Shown: piece by piece, positions 36,950 to 49,574 of the stretch | How the letters are laid out: the number at the start of each line of letters is the position of its first letter | Position numbering within the stretch: position 1 is the stretch's first letter | NCBI GenBank assembly: GCA_043228905.1 | Contig: JBHGNT010000001.1 | Location: 1,860,001-1,924,000, forward strand | Length of the DNA stretch: 64,000 nucleotides | Direction of reading: 5' to 3' | Origin: Azolla caroliniana | Taxonomy: Eukaryota; Plantae; Polypodiophyta | Translations under genes and position numbers: made by a program | Notes under the pieces: generated by a model | What the model saw: the letters and a program-made list of their open reading frames with translations, nothing else | Told to the model about the DNA's origin: nothing | The model's database searches: none

Positions 36950-38650
36950 ACCAAGGAAGAGAAAGTAATAAATAGTAGAAGTCATTCCATCGAAAGAGAT
37001 GGAAGAATCAACGAAAGATAGAAGTTTTAGCAAAGAGTCTTTTATTTTATGGTGGGTTTACATTTGTTTGCCAACAATGGGGTGGAAAAGGCATGATTAT
37101 GTCGGCAGTAGAAGTAAATAATCTCGAAGTTACTTTAGATCAACAAAAAGTTCAATACAAAGCCACAACATTTGGTTCTTATCAAGCGGATGACCTAGGC
37201 TTAATCCTCGTGGTGGTTGTTGCTCAATACAAAGCCACATCATTCAGTTCTTATTGTTTGTTCATTGATGTGGAATTGGCACTGTGCCATACTTGAATTT
37301 CGAGCCATGAATTTATAAACTTTTGAGCATAATGTTTATAAATAAAAGAACTCTAAAAATTAAGAGGTATATCTTATGAGGCTCTAGGCATCTACCCTTA
37401 ATTATCTAACAAGGACGTTCTCTTGGTAGAAAAGATTTGTCAAGTGCATTTAATGTTAGAAAAGACATCTTTAACGTACAATAAAACAATACTTTGGAAC
37501 TACTACATGTATGTATGTTGAAACAAAGAAAACAAAAAAAGACAAAAAATCTCTCAATCAAATGGATCATTTGATGCCCGAAAAGATGAGCATGTTATAG
37601 AAGAAGATTTTGGTATCATCATATGGGCATTTACACAAGGTCACAATACTTTCCCTAAGAAAAATATGACACAAATGCTCAAATGATGACAAATACAGAT
37701 TACCAAATAAAATAACCACATGACATTGTAACATTGCCAGAAGGAAATAGGATAATGAAACACCATCTATGATTTGGGGTTCGGGCTAAGAGAGACATTA
37801 TTACACAAATTTCTCCCTTACAGTTTGCAACGAAACACTTTGAATCAATATTACTAATGTCTGGATACAAACAAGACTAGTTTGTGGATAAAGATTTGCT
37901 CCAATGATATCTATATACAAACAAGCTTGGCATGGAAATAAATTAGAAAAAGACCCTTGAATTTGGACCAAATTTGAACATTATAGCTTTAAGCTAATAG
38001 CAAGGCGCCCCAAGATAGATTTAGAGAGGTGATTTGCCATGTACATATTTTAACTGTGAGAGAAAATAACATATTTTTATTCCCCAAGCTTTGGGATGAG
38101 CAAGAAGCATCAATGAAGGACATCATAGTTGCACATACATGAACCTTGGTAAGAATGAAGTAAATAATTACATTTCATCTTTGATTCTCAACCAAATAAA
38201 AAAGCATGCCATTAACCACGATTTCATTGGTCCTCATCATTTAACATTCATGATTCATTATTTATTGATATCCTCCATGAAATCAATAATTGAAAATATA
38301 AGATAAGACTCTTTATAAATAATTGACATTGAAACAACTTGCCGTCATGGAGTCTTACCTACATAGACTATGTGATAGACATTGGCATTATCAAACAACT
38401 ATGCTCATTGAAAAGAAATTTGGTCATTCAAAATAGTTTCTTCTTGCTCCATGATCCAAGTAATAACTTACACTTTAGGGTTGCTCACATGCATAGTAAA
38501 GGGGTTGATAGTAAGACAAAACTAATATTGAATATTGTTACTCGTAGTGAAGATTTCTTCCTCTACATTCCAAAGGTTGAACGATCACTCCACTTATTTC
38601 TTGATGTACGATATTAATTCCTTGTTAGCTTCCCTTTGGGCCATTGATAT
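36950..38650 (-). mobile_element. Possible highly decayed L1-type LINE fragment
   Basis: Minus-strand traces only: LIPK at ~38080-38097 and an SDH.P-like word at ~38500. No intact ORF. Confidence 0.25.
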
Positions 38651-39539
38651 ATTTGTAAACCAATTGCTTCTTCCTTTCAAATAGTTATTTCTTAGAAAAC
38701 TTTGTACAGTGTGAGATGTAGATCACACACACACACACACACATGCATGCATAGACATATGTACATATCCATGTGCGCGCGCGTGTATGCATGCATAGAC
38801 ATACATATCCATGTGTGTGTCCCGTGTGTGTGCATGCAAGCATTATTCCATCCATACATTCATTCATACACACAAGAAAAGCATAATAAATAGATAGATA
38901 CATCTACATCCATTCATTATCTATATACATACATTCATGCAGACTGTCATACATACAACATTTCAAACAATTGCACACATACATACAGACAGCATTTGCA
39001 AACATACGTACACACAAGTTTTTGTTATAATGAATTTGCTCATATCCAGTACACTCTTTAAGGTACATAACTGAAAATTATTTACCAGAATAAAAAAGAG
39101 CCACCATTTCATTGCCTAAGCTGGGATTTATAGGTACCTAAACATATATAGATGGATCAAAACATACGGGTCACTATGGGAAACATACCTTATTGAAATA
39201 TATATTGCATGGATAAATCCAATGGGGAACTTACCCAAGTCGAAGAAGAAGAAGAAGAAGAAATATAAGAAGACCATGCAACTGCCATCTCCTTCCAAAT
39301 GATGCCATCATAAATTCTTGGCCCAAAAACTAACCCTATCTTTCTTAAAATTTATCAGAAGGGTATTCTGATGAAATTTTCTAATCTTAGGGGAATCTTA
39401 TAAATGAGCAACAAACTTGGGTTATTCTGGTTGATACCCAACAAGTTAGGGTGTTGATTCTGGTACATACCCAACAAACTGTTAGGGGATTATTCTGGTG
39501 GTTTTTACTCTGAAATTCTTCGATATTTCAAGCCCGACA

Positions 39540-40229
39540 TCAGGACAATTTCTTCAATTTCCGTACTTTTTTCGAGCCGGCCCAGACTTCCATACGGGCA
39601 ACCGGGCATCCACATGTGGCCCGAAAGATAAGAACTGTCCTCCCATTGGGTGGGGCCATTCTCCGAAGCTCCGCCTCTAGCTCTTTATGGTCCTTCCCAA
39701 GAACAACATCCCCGTTAATCCAATGTCCGTCTAGTGACGAATTAGTACCCAATTCAAAAGAATTCTGGGAACAATTCTTCACACATTTCTCCGTCTCGAG
39801 TTGAATATCAAATTCCATGGATTTCTTCAACCCTTTGCAATGTGGATTCCCGCATTTCCTACATTGATATTGATATGATCCCCATACAAAAATTACTCCT
39901 CCCAACATTAAAAGAAAGCCCACTATATAAGCCATGGGAGCTTGGTATACAATCTCAACAAAAAGCAATAGAACTATGGGAAAGATGTTTCCTATTTCTA
40001 CACATATGTACTTGAAATATGGTGTAAAAAGGAACCCTGACGCACCGAGAACTATGAGAAATATAATGATGTCTACAGCAGCAGCCGGAGATTCATTGCA
40101 CGCTGTCGAATGGTTGCTGAGAGGCAGAGATCTCTTCACTTTAACACTCGGCCTTTGGCCGGGTGTCTTGTTCCTGCGGTGCTCAAATGTCTTGCAGAAC
40201 TCGATCAATCCTCGGCAATCCACCATCAT
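39540..40229 (-). CDS. Uncharacterised membrane protein of the At5g19025 family (annotated L34e superfamily-like), intronless CDS
   Basis: MVDCRGLIEFC..., hydrophobic segments, RKCGNPHCKGLKKSMEFDIQLETEKCVK, and ELEAELRRMAPPNGRTVLIFRATCGCPVARMEVW. Confidence 0.88.
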   Translation of the reverse strand: MMVDCRGLIEFCKTFEHRRNKTPGQRPSVKVKRSLPLSNHSTACNESPAAAVDIIIFLIVLGASGFLFTPYFKYICVEIGNIFPIVLLLFVEIVYQAPMAYIVGFLLMLGGVIFVWGSYQYQCRKCGNPHCKGLKKSMEFDIQLETEKCVKNCSQNSFELGTNSSLDGHWINGDVVLGKDHKELEAELRRMAPPNGRTVLIFRATCGCPVARMEVWAGSKKVRKLKKLS

Positions 40230-41896
40230 TGTGATGAAATCTCTCAAAACGAATATGAAATCTCTTCTTCAAAGATCTTTATCTTGAATAGTCTTTTTCC
40301 TAGACGGGATATTTTGAAGGACCTTCCTTGCTTTTGATGAATCTAGCACATTTTCATCCAGAATTCAGGGCAAAATTACCACTTGGAATCTTCTCAAACG
40401 GAATTCAGCATCTTTCAAATTGAATCCAACAGAGTTTTCAAATTCGAATTTCTGAAAAGTATGAAGGAGAAAAAGGAATTGAAATCCTTTCAGAAGGACG
40501 ATCACCTGCTGAAACCACAGCACATTTTTCTTTCGAGGCAAATCGAAAGTAAATAAATACGAATTAGAATCCGTTTTCACGCTGAATCCAGTGAATTCAC
40601 TTTCGTTATCTCTGTTCAAGAAAGGAAAAACGATGAACGTTTTTGAAGGGGAAGGATACCTGAAAGAGTTAGGGTTTGTCTAATCTGAGCAAATTTCGAT
40701 TCCTGCACGAGGGGGAGGGGGGGGAGGGGTTTGGATCAGCGAATCTTTGGAGATTCCCAAAAGATTCTGTCTCTCGCGCTCTGCGCATGTGTCTGCGATG
40801 GTGGGATTGAATCAGAGACAGAGAGAGACAGAGAGAGAGAGAGAGTGGGAAGGATCTGGGAAGGAAAAGACAGGGAATAGCCGAGCCGAGCAGAGAGAAT
40901 TGAACGTGTGGACATAAATATAATATATGTAAATAATACAATTATATTGTACACAAATTTATGAAAGAGTTGATTAAGCAAGGGATCCTATGTACACACA
41001 CACACACACACACACACTTACACTTGGCTTAACGAAGGTCTGGTCCCCGATGTTCATGGACTCGACCCTCGTCTCAGATCTTATGCTTGAGGTCCCAATA
41101 CATATATCCGTGATTATATATGTTGTTGGTTCCGGATGCGTTAAAACAGAATGAGCCCTTATGCCCTTTTGAATCTTACCAAAAAGAAAAACTCGAATGA
41201 AAATCTTGACATGTAGATTTAGCCCATTTTATCGACTTTATGTGTAGTCTCCCTCCGGTTGTGTGTTGCACTAATAAGCACCTCGCAAAGATTAGCCCTT
41301 GCTTGTGTACACCATATTAAAGAGTTTGTGACGTTGAGGGTTTTTGATTGGTGGGTAAGCTTGGAAAAGCGCCCATCGATCAAGCATACACATAACTTAG
41401 GCCATGTGAGCCATTAAAGAAGCTAGAGATATGTCCTTACAGCAAGGCCACTATGTGAGCATAAAGTATTGATCAATAATAATCAAACTGGCTCTCTCTT
41501 ATCTTGCTCCATTTTAGTCGGACTTCATTCAAGCAACTATCAAAGGCCTTAAATTTTATGATGAAGGGAGATTAAAAACCTAGTTTTAACTACCAAAGGT
41601 TTATATATGCTTCTTTGGAAGCTTCTCATGCACATCACATTGAGTCAATTCCCTCCTAGTGATTGAGACATGTGGCAACGTAAATACGGTCACCAAACTT
41701 ATAAAGCTTTAGGCATATGCGATGTCCAAGTAGGTGTCTGTGTTCTTGTCCCCAAAGTGCTTGCATACACACGAGTCTAACCTTGTAGGTACTTCATTTT
41801 AAAAATTTCCATTTGTAAGAAAATGTTATTATTTTCGATCATGGTGTTTTAACGTTATTTGTGTCCAATGTTGCCCATGGTGCTTGCATAACGAAC

Positions 41897-41997
41897 TTGT
41901 AGGTGCTTAGTTTTTAGCGTTGTCTTATAACACATTTGTATGTGCTTAGTTTTTAGCGTTGTCCCATAACACATTTGTAGGTACTTGGTTTCTAACA
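41897..41997. repeat. 39-bp tandem repeat x2.5
   Basis: ttgta.gtgcttagtttttagcgttgtc..ataacacat repeated. Confidence 0.8.
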
Positions 41998-42404
41998 TAA
42001 ACTCTTAGAAGAAGGCAATCGTATATCGTTTTCAACCCGTGGATCATGGGAAATGATCCAAGCCACTCTTTAGTAGTTTAAATATGAAAATATTTAGTTT
42101 TTAGCACAAGATTTCATAATGTGGTATTATAATTTTCAGCCCTTCCCTTTGAAAATTGATTTGTGAAGAAGGCTTTTGTTTTAGTACTTCTTCGTTTTCA
42201 GCATTGCTTTTTATATCATTTTCAGCCCTGTTTTTGAGAGAATGTATTTATAATGCCCACTTTTAAGGCATGGACCAAGCTGCCCATGTTTGATGATGTT
42301 GTTCAATTTCTCCTTCTAGTGCCACAATGAGTTTTTGATACATGATTGCAAGTCTTTGAAAGAAGTTCATAATGCCCCACTATGTTTTGTATTAGCAAAA
42401 GTTC

Positions 42405-43368
42405 CATAGAATGAAGTTTGAACCATATGTATCATACGTGCATTCGCATTCGAGAATGATTCATTCAAACATGTATGGTAAATCATCTCAAAGTTGGATT
42501 GGATTGACTATGGTCTATATTATATATTGATTCACTCTCAATCCAAATAAGTGGACTCTAATCCATTGTGAACCACCAACATAAGTATGGTAGCAATATT
42601 TGCATTGTATGATGTATCACATGCATACTTTTGGGATGCTTCTTAAGAATCAAGACATCTCTATCATCCTCACTTTAGAACTTTACAAAAAAAGGAGTAT
42701 GAATTATAGAGATTGAATTAAAATATGTCATTATAAATTATAATCATATGTTCAAAAACTCATAAAACATACATTCGAGAATATGAAGAAAACATGACAT
42801 AGGCAATAGTAGCATAACAATTTATCACTAGGGTGAGCTAATTTCTAATAAGAAAGAAAGAAAGAAAAAGAAGAAAAAAGAAACGATAAAAAACTCATAA
42901 AACATATATTCGAGAATATGAAGAAAACATGACATGGGCAGTAGTAGAATAACAATTTACCATTAGGGTGAGCTAATTTCTAATAACAAACAAAGAAAAA
43001 AAAAAGTAACATGACACTAACAAGAGGATAGGAGAAAGTTGGGAATTTAACTCAAGACACAAGCAATAGTAACATGGCAACTTACCACTAGGTTAAGGTT
43101 ATTTCTAATAACAAAAAACGAAAAAAAACGAAAAAACTAATATAAAATTTTGCTATGGTACTAACAAGAGAGAGATGATAAAATTGGGATTCGAACCCAA
43201 AACATAGACCCCAATAGCCCACCTAGTTACCACTAGAATGACTTGAATTTGCGACAAAAAAACATGAAAAAAAAGAAAAGAAAAAAACAACACGTATTTT
43301 TCCCTTTTCAAACGCGTTCGTTTTAAATCGTTTGAATGCTTGCACGAACACGAATATTACGTTCTATG
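42405..43368. mobile_element. Non-autonomous TIR element (hAT-like), copy 2, with an internal tandem array
   Basis: CATAGAATG...TTACGTTCTATG ends homologous to 9384-9653. About 4 diverged internal units at 42760-43260, the last with GGGATTCGAACCC. Confidence 0.55.
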
Positions 43369-44431
43369 AGCTGCTGCTGCAAAACTATTAATATGATTAT
43401 GGCCCAACTCTAAGACCATGAAGCTTTATCCCAACAACTTCCCAACTAATGGAAAATATGCCTACATGGCAAAAGCGGGATTTGGGGGGGGGGGGGGGGG
43501 GTTACATCACCCATCAAATAAACTGACCCCAACATGTAAGGACTACGAAATCAAGAACATGTAACTTGGAGGAGGATTATATATTGGGACCCCAACAAAT
43601 ATATATTTCACACACGAGTGAGATTATTGCTGCTCAATGGGCTTGAAGTCTAGGGCTACTGTATCTTTAATTTGCCTTTAAAAGAGTTGGATTTCTCAGA
43701 GTTCCATAGAAGCCAGAAAAATTGTTGAAAAAGACACAAAAAAGCAAAATTGGACAGATGCAAGCTATGCAAAAGTGGTTCATAAAATGGGAGGCATTGT
43801 TCATGCTTCATGATGCCTCAATAGAGTCCTCAATGAGTGACATGTTGTCTTGTAATGTCGGTTCATTTATGAAGATACCAAGGTGTGCATGCTCGTGCTT
43901 TGCACATATCTGTTATATATGTATGTCCCACCACATTACGAGAGCAGATTCTTCTCCGAACGGGCAACCAACAGTCACCCATACACATTGCTTTCATACA
44001 ACCTACCTCACATTCACTTGATGTTACATGAAGGATTGGGGCAATTTATGTACAATGCATGCACCCTCTCAAGACACAACCACACTAGTGATAAGACTCT
44101 ATGATACAGTACAATCTCTAAACCTTAGAATATAATACATCTCAATCTATACATGCAGCCAACCTTAAAATCCTCTATTCCTTGGTGACAATGATATTGA
44201 TTCCTTGCATGCTTCTACTTGGCATAAACTGTGTATCAAAATGATTAAGCTTCTTCAAGTGAAATGTGCAAAACAGAATTTCACGAGAAAATAAAATTAC
44301 CTTTATCTCTTATATTTGCTTGAACATGCATTTTGTATCTTATGATCTTATTGACCTCAGAACTTTGTCCTTCCAATGTGCACCCCTTGGCTCTTTTCGA
44401 CAAAGATATAACAAAAGAAACAGTCTCTAGT

Positions 44432-47400
44432 TCATGAGCATGGTTTCCACAAAGCTCCATGAATACTCATCTCCTCGATTTTAGCTACATCATCCCACCT
44501 TCCAACACTTGCATATATGCTTGACATCAACATATACGATGAAGCACAATCCGGATTAATATCTATGAGCTTCTGGAAGCATCTAAACCCCAAATCCACG
44601 TCTGTATAGGTTTTGCACGCGGTGAGCAAAGGTAGCCATACATCTTTGGATGAAGAGAATGGTAATGTCTCGAGAAATTTCTCTGCCTCTATCAAACTTC
44701 CTGACCGAGCAAAAAGATCAACCATGCAAGAAAAATGATCCAAGCTTGGGGTGATACTATACTTTTCTATCATCATCAAGAAATATTTTTGACCCTCAGT
44801 CACGAGGCTATTATGGCTACATGCAGTGAGGATGCATATAAATGTCACTGAATTTGGCAGCATACCTTCATTCTCCATTTTTATAAAAAACTGTAAAGAC
44901 GTGTTACTGTCATGATTTAATCCATACCCCTTTATCATTGCATTCCATGCCACTACATCACGAAGAAGTAGTTTATCAAACACATTTTGTGCTTCTAACA
45001 GTGATCCACATTTTGCATACATGTCAACTAAAGTACTTCCGATCGAAACATCAGTCTCCAAACCTCGTTGAGCAACTTCCAGGTGAATTTCTCGGCCTTT
45101 ATCGATTGCACCTATCGTTCCACAAGATTTCAAGACAGAAACAAATGATACTTGAGTTTGAGTTACACCGTCAAGGTGCATGCGATTGTAACAGTTTAGT
45201 GCTTCTTGGTTTGGTCCATGTTCAGCATACCCTGCAATAAGCGCATTCCATGATATAACATTTCGAATGTGAAGCTTGTTGAAGATTTGCTGTGCCTCAG
45301 AGAGCATACCACCTTTGGCATACATGTTGACCAAAGTATTTCCAATAAAAGGATCCATGTCAAAACCCCTCCACGTAATCTCTTGGTGGAATTCATGACC
45401 CTTTTCCACAGCACTTAAGCTGTCACAAGCCTTTAAGATTGACATATACGTGATTGCATCTGGGCATATGTCCTTCATTTGCATGTGTTTGAACCAATTC
45501 AAAGCTTCTTGATTATGACGATTGTGTTCTGCATAACCTGTAATAAGAGCATTCCATGCAACAATGCTCGGATGTTTCAGCTTGTTAAATGCTGATTGTC
45601 CTTCTAAAATAGACCCAAATTTAGCATACATATCCACAACAGATATACCGATGGTCACGTCATCATCCAAACCACGTTGTATGATGTCATTATGTATTTC
45701 TAGCCCTTTATCAAAAGCTTCAATGCTCGCACAACACTTTAAGGCACAGGCTAATATGGCAGCATCTGGGATAACATTCTCTAGCTGCATCTGGTCAAAG
45801 AAATACAAAGCTTCTATGCTGAGGCCATGTTCAACGTGCCCCGCAATTAATGTTGTCCAAGACACAACATTTGTCAAGGATAGGCTATAAAAAGCTTCCT
45901 TTGCACCTTCAAGCGAGTCACATTTTGCATACATGTCAATCAAGCTGTTTCCAATTAAAAGATCTGTTTCAAGTCCATTCTTCATTATTACACTATGTAT
46001 ATCTCTACCGTTATTTATAGCCTTCAAGTTGCTACATGCTTTTAGCACACAAGAAAATAATGCAGCATCAGGAATGATACCTTCTGCTTGCATTTCATCA
46101 AAATAGTTCAATGCTTCCACTGAAGGTCCATGTTCCACATATCCTGAAATTAGGGCAGTCCATGAAACAACAGTATGACTACATAATCTAGTGAAAACAT
46201 ATTGGGACTCAAACATTGAGGCACATTTAGCATACAAATCCACCAAACTATTACCAACAAAATGGTCATCCTCAAATCCCTTACATACAATATCTGAATG
46301 AATTTCCCATCCTTCATTGAGAGCTTGTATGATACCCAATGCTTTTAAGACCAAACTGAATGAAATTGTATTTGGAAACAGAATCTGTTGCATTTTCCTA
46401 AAACAATTTAATGCATCTTCGCTGTATCCTTGTTCAGTATAACCCATGAGGAGTGCATTACATGACACAACGTTTTGATCTGATGACTTCTCAAAGATCC
46501 AAGTAGCCTCAGATAGTGACCAACATTTCGTATACATGTCAATCAAAGTGCTTGAAACAAAAGGATCCATTTCAAATCCTTTTACAATAATTTCTGAATG
46601 GAGCTCTCGACCCCTCTCCAAATCTGGTAGGGATCCACAAGCTTTCAAAACACACGAAAAGATTGCAGCATCGGGGCAAATTCCATCTGATTGCATTTGG
46701 GAAAAGCATGTCAACACTCCTTCCACAGGTCCATGTTCTGCATATCCTGCAATCAATCCCATCCATGATACAATATCTCTAACCAAAAGTGTATCAAAGA
46801 CTTTTCTTGCTTCTATTGACAAGCCACTTTTACTATATACATCAACCAAAGTGCTTCCAACATAAAGATCTCTATCAAATCCCTTTTGAAGAATTTCATT
46901 GTGTAGTTCAGAAACATCAGTTATAGCTACTTTACTGCTGCAATATGCTTTCAAAGCACTAGTAAATGTTACAACATTTGGAGAAATCATTTCTAATTTC
47001 ATGAGTTGGATACAATTCACTACTTCCTTTCCAAGACCAAGTTGTGCATACCCAGAAATAAGTGCATTCCAGGATACGACATTTCGTCCCATTAACTTAT
47101 TAAAGACAGTTTGTGCTTCAAAGATAGAACCACATTTAGCATACATGTCGACCAAAGTGCTTCCAACAAACAGATCCTTCTCGTAACCTTGTCGGGTAAT
47201 GGCAATATGAATCTCTTGCCCTTGTTCTACCTCATTCAGCTTACCACAAACTTTCAGCATATTCACCAATACAAAGCTACTACAAGGAAAAGCACTACTA
47301 TTCTTCATTTTCTGATACATATGTAATGCTTCCAAGGATTGACCACATTGGACATATCCTATGATCATAGTCATGCACGTATGCTCATCCTGACATTGCC

Positions 47401-47713
47401 ATTGATCAAACAAATGCTTTGCAGTGGCTATAGATCCACATTCTATAAACATAGAGACAATGTCATTGCTTAACAGTTTTTGAATTTCAAACTTTACTTT
47501 GCAAAGGTGTGCGTAAACAAGTTTTGCACTTTGAAGGTCTTTCCTTTTTGTTGTTTGTTCTATAAGGTATAAGAAGGTTTCCATTGTGGGAAGTTTAGAT
47601 TTATCGTTGTACACATGGAGTGCATCTTCTAAGCTTAGTATTTCATTGCTCATACCATGTGAAATGGATGATGATAATGTATGAATTCTCCTGAAGTAGA
47701 CTTTTCCCATCAT
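44432..47713 (-). CDS. Long PLS-class PPR protein with E1/E2 domains, no DYW (1093 aa)
   Basis: Intronless ORF with a presequence-like N-terminus (MMGKVYFRRIHTLSSS) and many P-L-S triplets. Ends WLPLLTACKTY...YMLMSSIYASVGRWDD...LWKPCS*. Confidence 0.94.
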   Translation of the reverse strand: MMGKVYFRRIHTLSSSISHGMSNEILSLEDALHVYNDKSKLPTMETFLYLIEQTTKRKDLQSAKLVYAHLCKVKFEIQKLLSNDIVSMFIECGSIATAKHLFDQWQCQDEHTCMTMIIGYVQCGQSLEALHMYQKMKNSSAFPCSSFVLVNMLKVCGKLNEVEQGQEIHIAITRQGYEKDLFVGSTLVDMYAKCGSIFEAQTVFNKLMGRNVVSWNALISGYAQLGLGKEVVNCIQLMKLEMISPNVVTFTSALKAYCSSKVAITDVSELHNEILQKGFDRDLYVGSTLVDVYSKSGLSIEARKVFDTLLVRDIVSWMGLIAGYAEHGPVEGVLTCFSQMQSDGICPDAAIFSCVLKACGSLPDLERGRELHSEIIVKGFEMDPFVSSTLIDMYTKCWSLSEATWIFEKSSDQNVVSCNALLMGYTEQGYSEDALNCFRKMQQILFPNTISFSLVLKALGIIQALNEGWEIHSDIVCKGFEDDHFVGNSLVDLYAKCASMFESQYVFTRLCSHTVVSWTALISGYVEHGPSVEALNYFDEMQAEGIIPDAALFSCVLKACSNLKAINNGRDIHSVIMKNGLETDLLIGNSLIDMYAKCDSLEGAKEAFYSLSLTNVVSWTTLIAGHVEHGLSIEALYFFDQMQLENVIPDAAILACALKCCASIEAFDKGLEIHNDIIQRGLDDDVTIGISVVDMYAKFGSILEGQSAFNKLKHPSIVAWNALITGYAEHNRHNQEALNWFKHMQMKDICPDAITYMSILKACDSLSAVEKGHEFHQEITWRGFDMDPFIGNTLVNMYAKGGMLSEAQQIFNKLHIRNVISWNALIAGYAEHGPNQEALNCYNRMHLDGVTQTQVSFVSVLKSCGTIGAIDKGREIHLEVAQRGLETDVSIGSTLVDMYAKCGSLLEAQNVFDKLLLRDVVAWNAMIKGYGLNHDSNTSLQFFIKMENEGMLPNSVTFICILTACSHNSLVTEGQKYFLMMIEKYSITPSLDHFSCMVDLFARSGSLIEAEKFLETLPFSSSKDVWLPLLTACKTYTDVDLGFRCFQKLIDINPDCASSYMLMSSIYASVGRWDDVAKIEEMSIHGALWKPCS

Positions 47714-48077
47714 TTTTTCTGTATGTTTGAACTAAAATGGACACTCATTATTGTCTATCTGTTTCAACGTAGAAAATGATTTTGTCACCATCGTTTCCGT
47801 ATGTTATTCCACCAAAACAAACATTTATTATCAATTTCCCATCTGCTCTACCTTAAAATAGGCTTCTATTCTGCAATTTCTGTATGTTGCCCGAAAATGG
47901 TGGATTTTATTCTTGAACGAACTCTTCTCATCATTGCTGATAATACTTTTGCCGATTTTCCGTCGTATTTATGGCCTAAATTGGAAATTTATAATCATTC
48001 TGTGTCATATAGACAAGCAAAAAGGCGAAAAGCAAGCGAACCTGGCAAAGCAATTAACAGAGCATTTGCTCTGTTCT

Positions 48078-48109
<32 letters not shown>

Positions 48110-49201
48110 TTAGTCTTCATTGTAGTTTTGCGAACATGTTCCCTATTCCTTGAGAGGATTTTATAGCGTGGATAAAGCTCTAAGAACGAAAACAAGTTGT
48201 CATTCTGAAAACTTACAGAATCTGAGCAGAGCCCCAACTAAAATCGTAACATCTATTAATTACAATGGAAGGAGTCCACATTGTCATTATCGAAACGCTA
48301 TGTGCTATCTTCAGGCCTTAGCTACAAAAAACGTGACAATCCCGAATATTGGTAGGTCTAGAGTCAGGCATAAACTTGCTGTAGGCAAAAATAACTGGTC
48401 TCAAGGTGGGAGTTCCCACAGTTTGTGTCATGCCATGATCCATTAAATGTTTACAAAATAAAATACAGATAATGTGTCTGAGTAAATAATGCGTGAGTAA
48501 AATTGGTGATTTCTTGCAAAAAATAGACCCAATGGGCATTTGAGAGTGGACTCCACTAAAAATGCGTTCTTTTTGTGGTCATCAAGAAAAGGGGGTTGAA
48601 AAATGCCCCTAGAGACTTGGGTGTAAGGGAGAAAAGAGGCAAGATATAGGTCACGATAGAGGAAGGAGAAATCAGAGGAAGCAAATATCATTTTCATAAT
48701 TTCAGATAGGTCACGATCTAAGCTAAAGATAGAAGATCCTATAAGATTCGATGTTGCTAAAAAATTCAAAGATAAAGAAGAGGACATTGCCATGTCCTTT
48801 TGTTGCAAATGAAATTGTTTGAATATTATCAATTAAATAAGGATTGCATACCTATAGACAGTATTTCAAACGTTAGTCTTAGAAAGAACCCCTCCTTGGA
48901 TTGAAATAAGAGATATGGTCTATCAGTCCATTGGGAGGCAAAGAGTCAAGTCAATCATTTACATGATCTCTTCTTATAATAAAAGCTATGGCCAAATTAT
49001 GAATCCTATAGTCGTGCGCATATCAAAATAATTTGATGACTACATTGGAACTCCATGCTTCCATACCTTTATTAGACATTTGCAATTTTATATGAAAGAG
49101 AAACCTTCACTTAACTGCATCAGTATATACGTGAATGCGTAAAGATTAGATACATGTCTTAGCACTTAGAAAATAAAAACATCTTATACACTCAGCTCTT
49201 C

Positions 49202-49330
49202 CAACTGTATACGCAATGTATACATTCAAATAATTTAACTGTATACTTGAAGTACAATCCAAATCTTTGAACCGTATACTCGATGTGCACATTCAAATCT
49301 TTCAACTGTATACTCAATGTATACATTGAA
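49202..49330. repeat. ~34-bp tandem repeat x4 downstream of ARC5
   Basis: aac(t/c)gtatac...tacattcaaat.ttt at ~49203, 49237, 49270, 49304. Confidence 0.8.
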
Positions 49331-49574
49331 CCCCATATACAAACAGATACTCAAGGGGGAAAACATGGGCATCATTTTGCGAATGTTTCTATACACTTTT
49401 GACGCATCTATGTGCTTTTCTCATACAAAATCTGATACTAGATTCGAGAGCATACACAAGAAACAATGCCAAACAGCATCTTTCACAATGCATACACAAT
49501 ACCCATGCATACACTCAAGTCTCGAAAGAATTTTTTCCCTATCATCCTATCAAAATATGTATGGTTTAGGCTGG

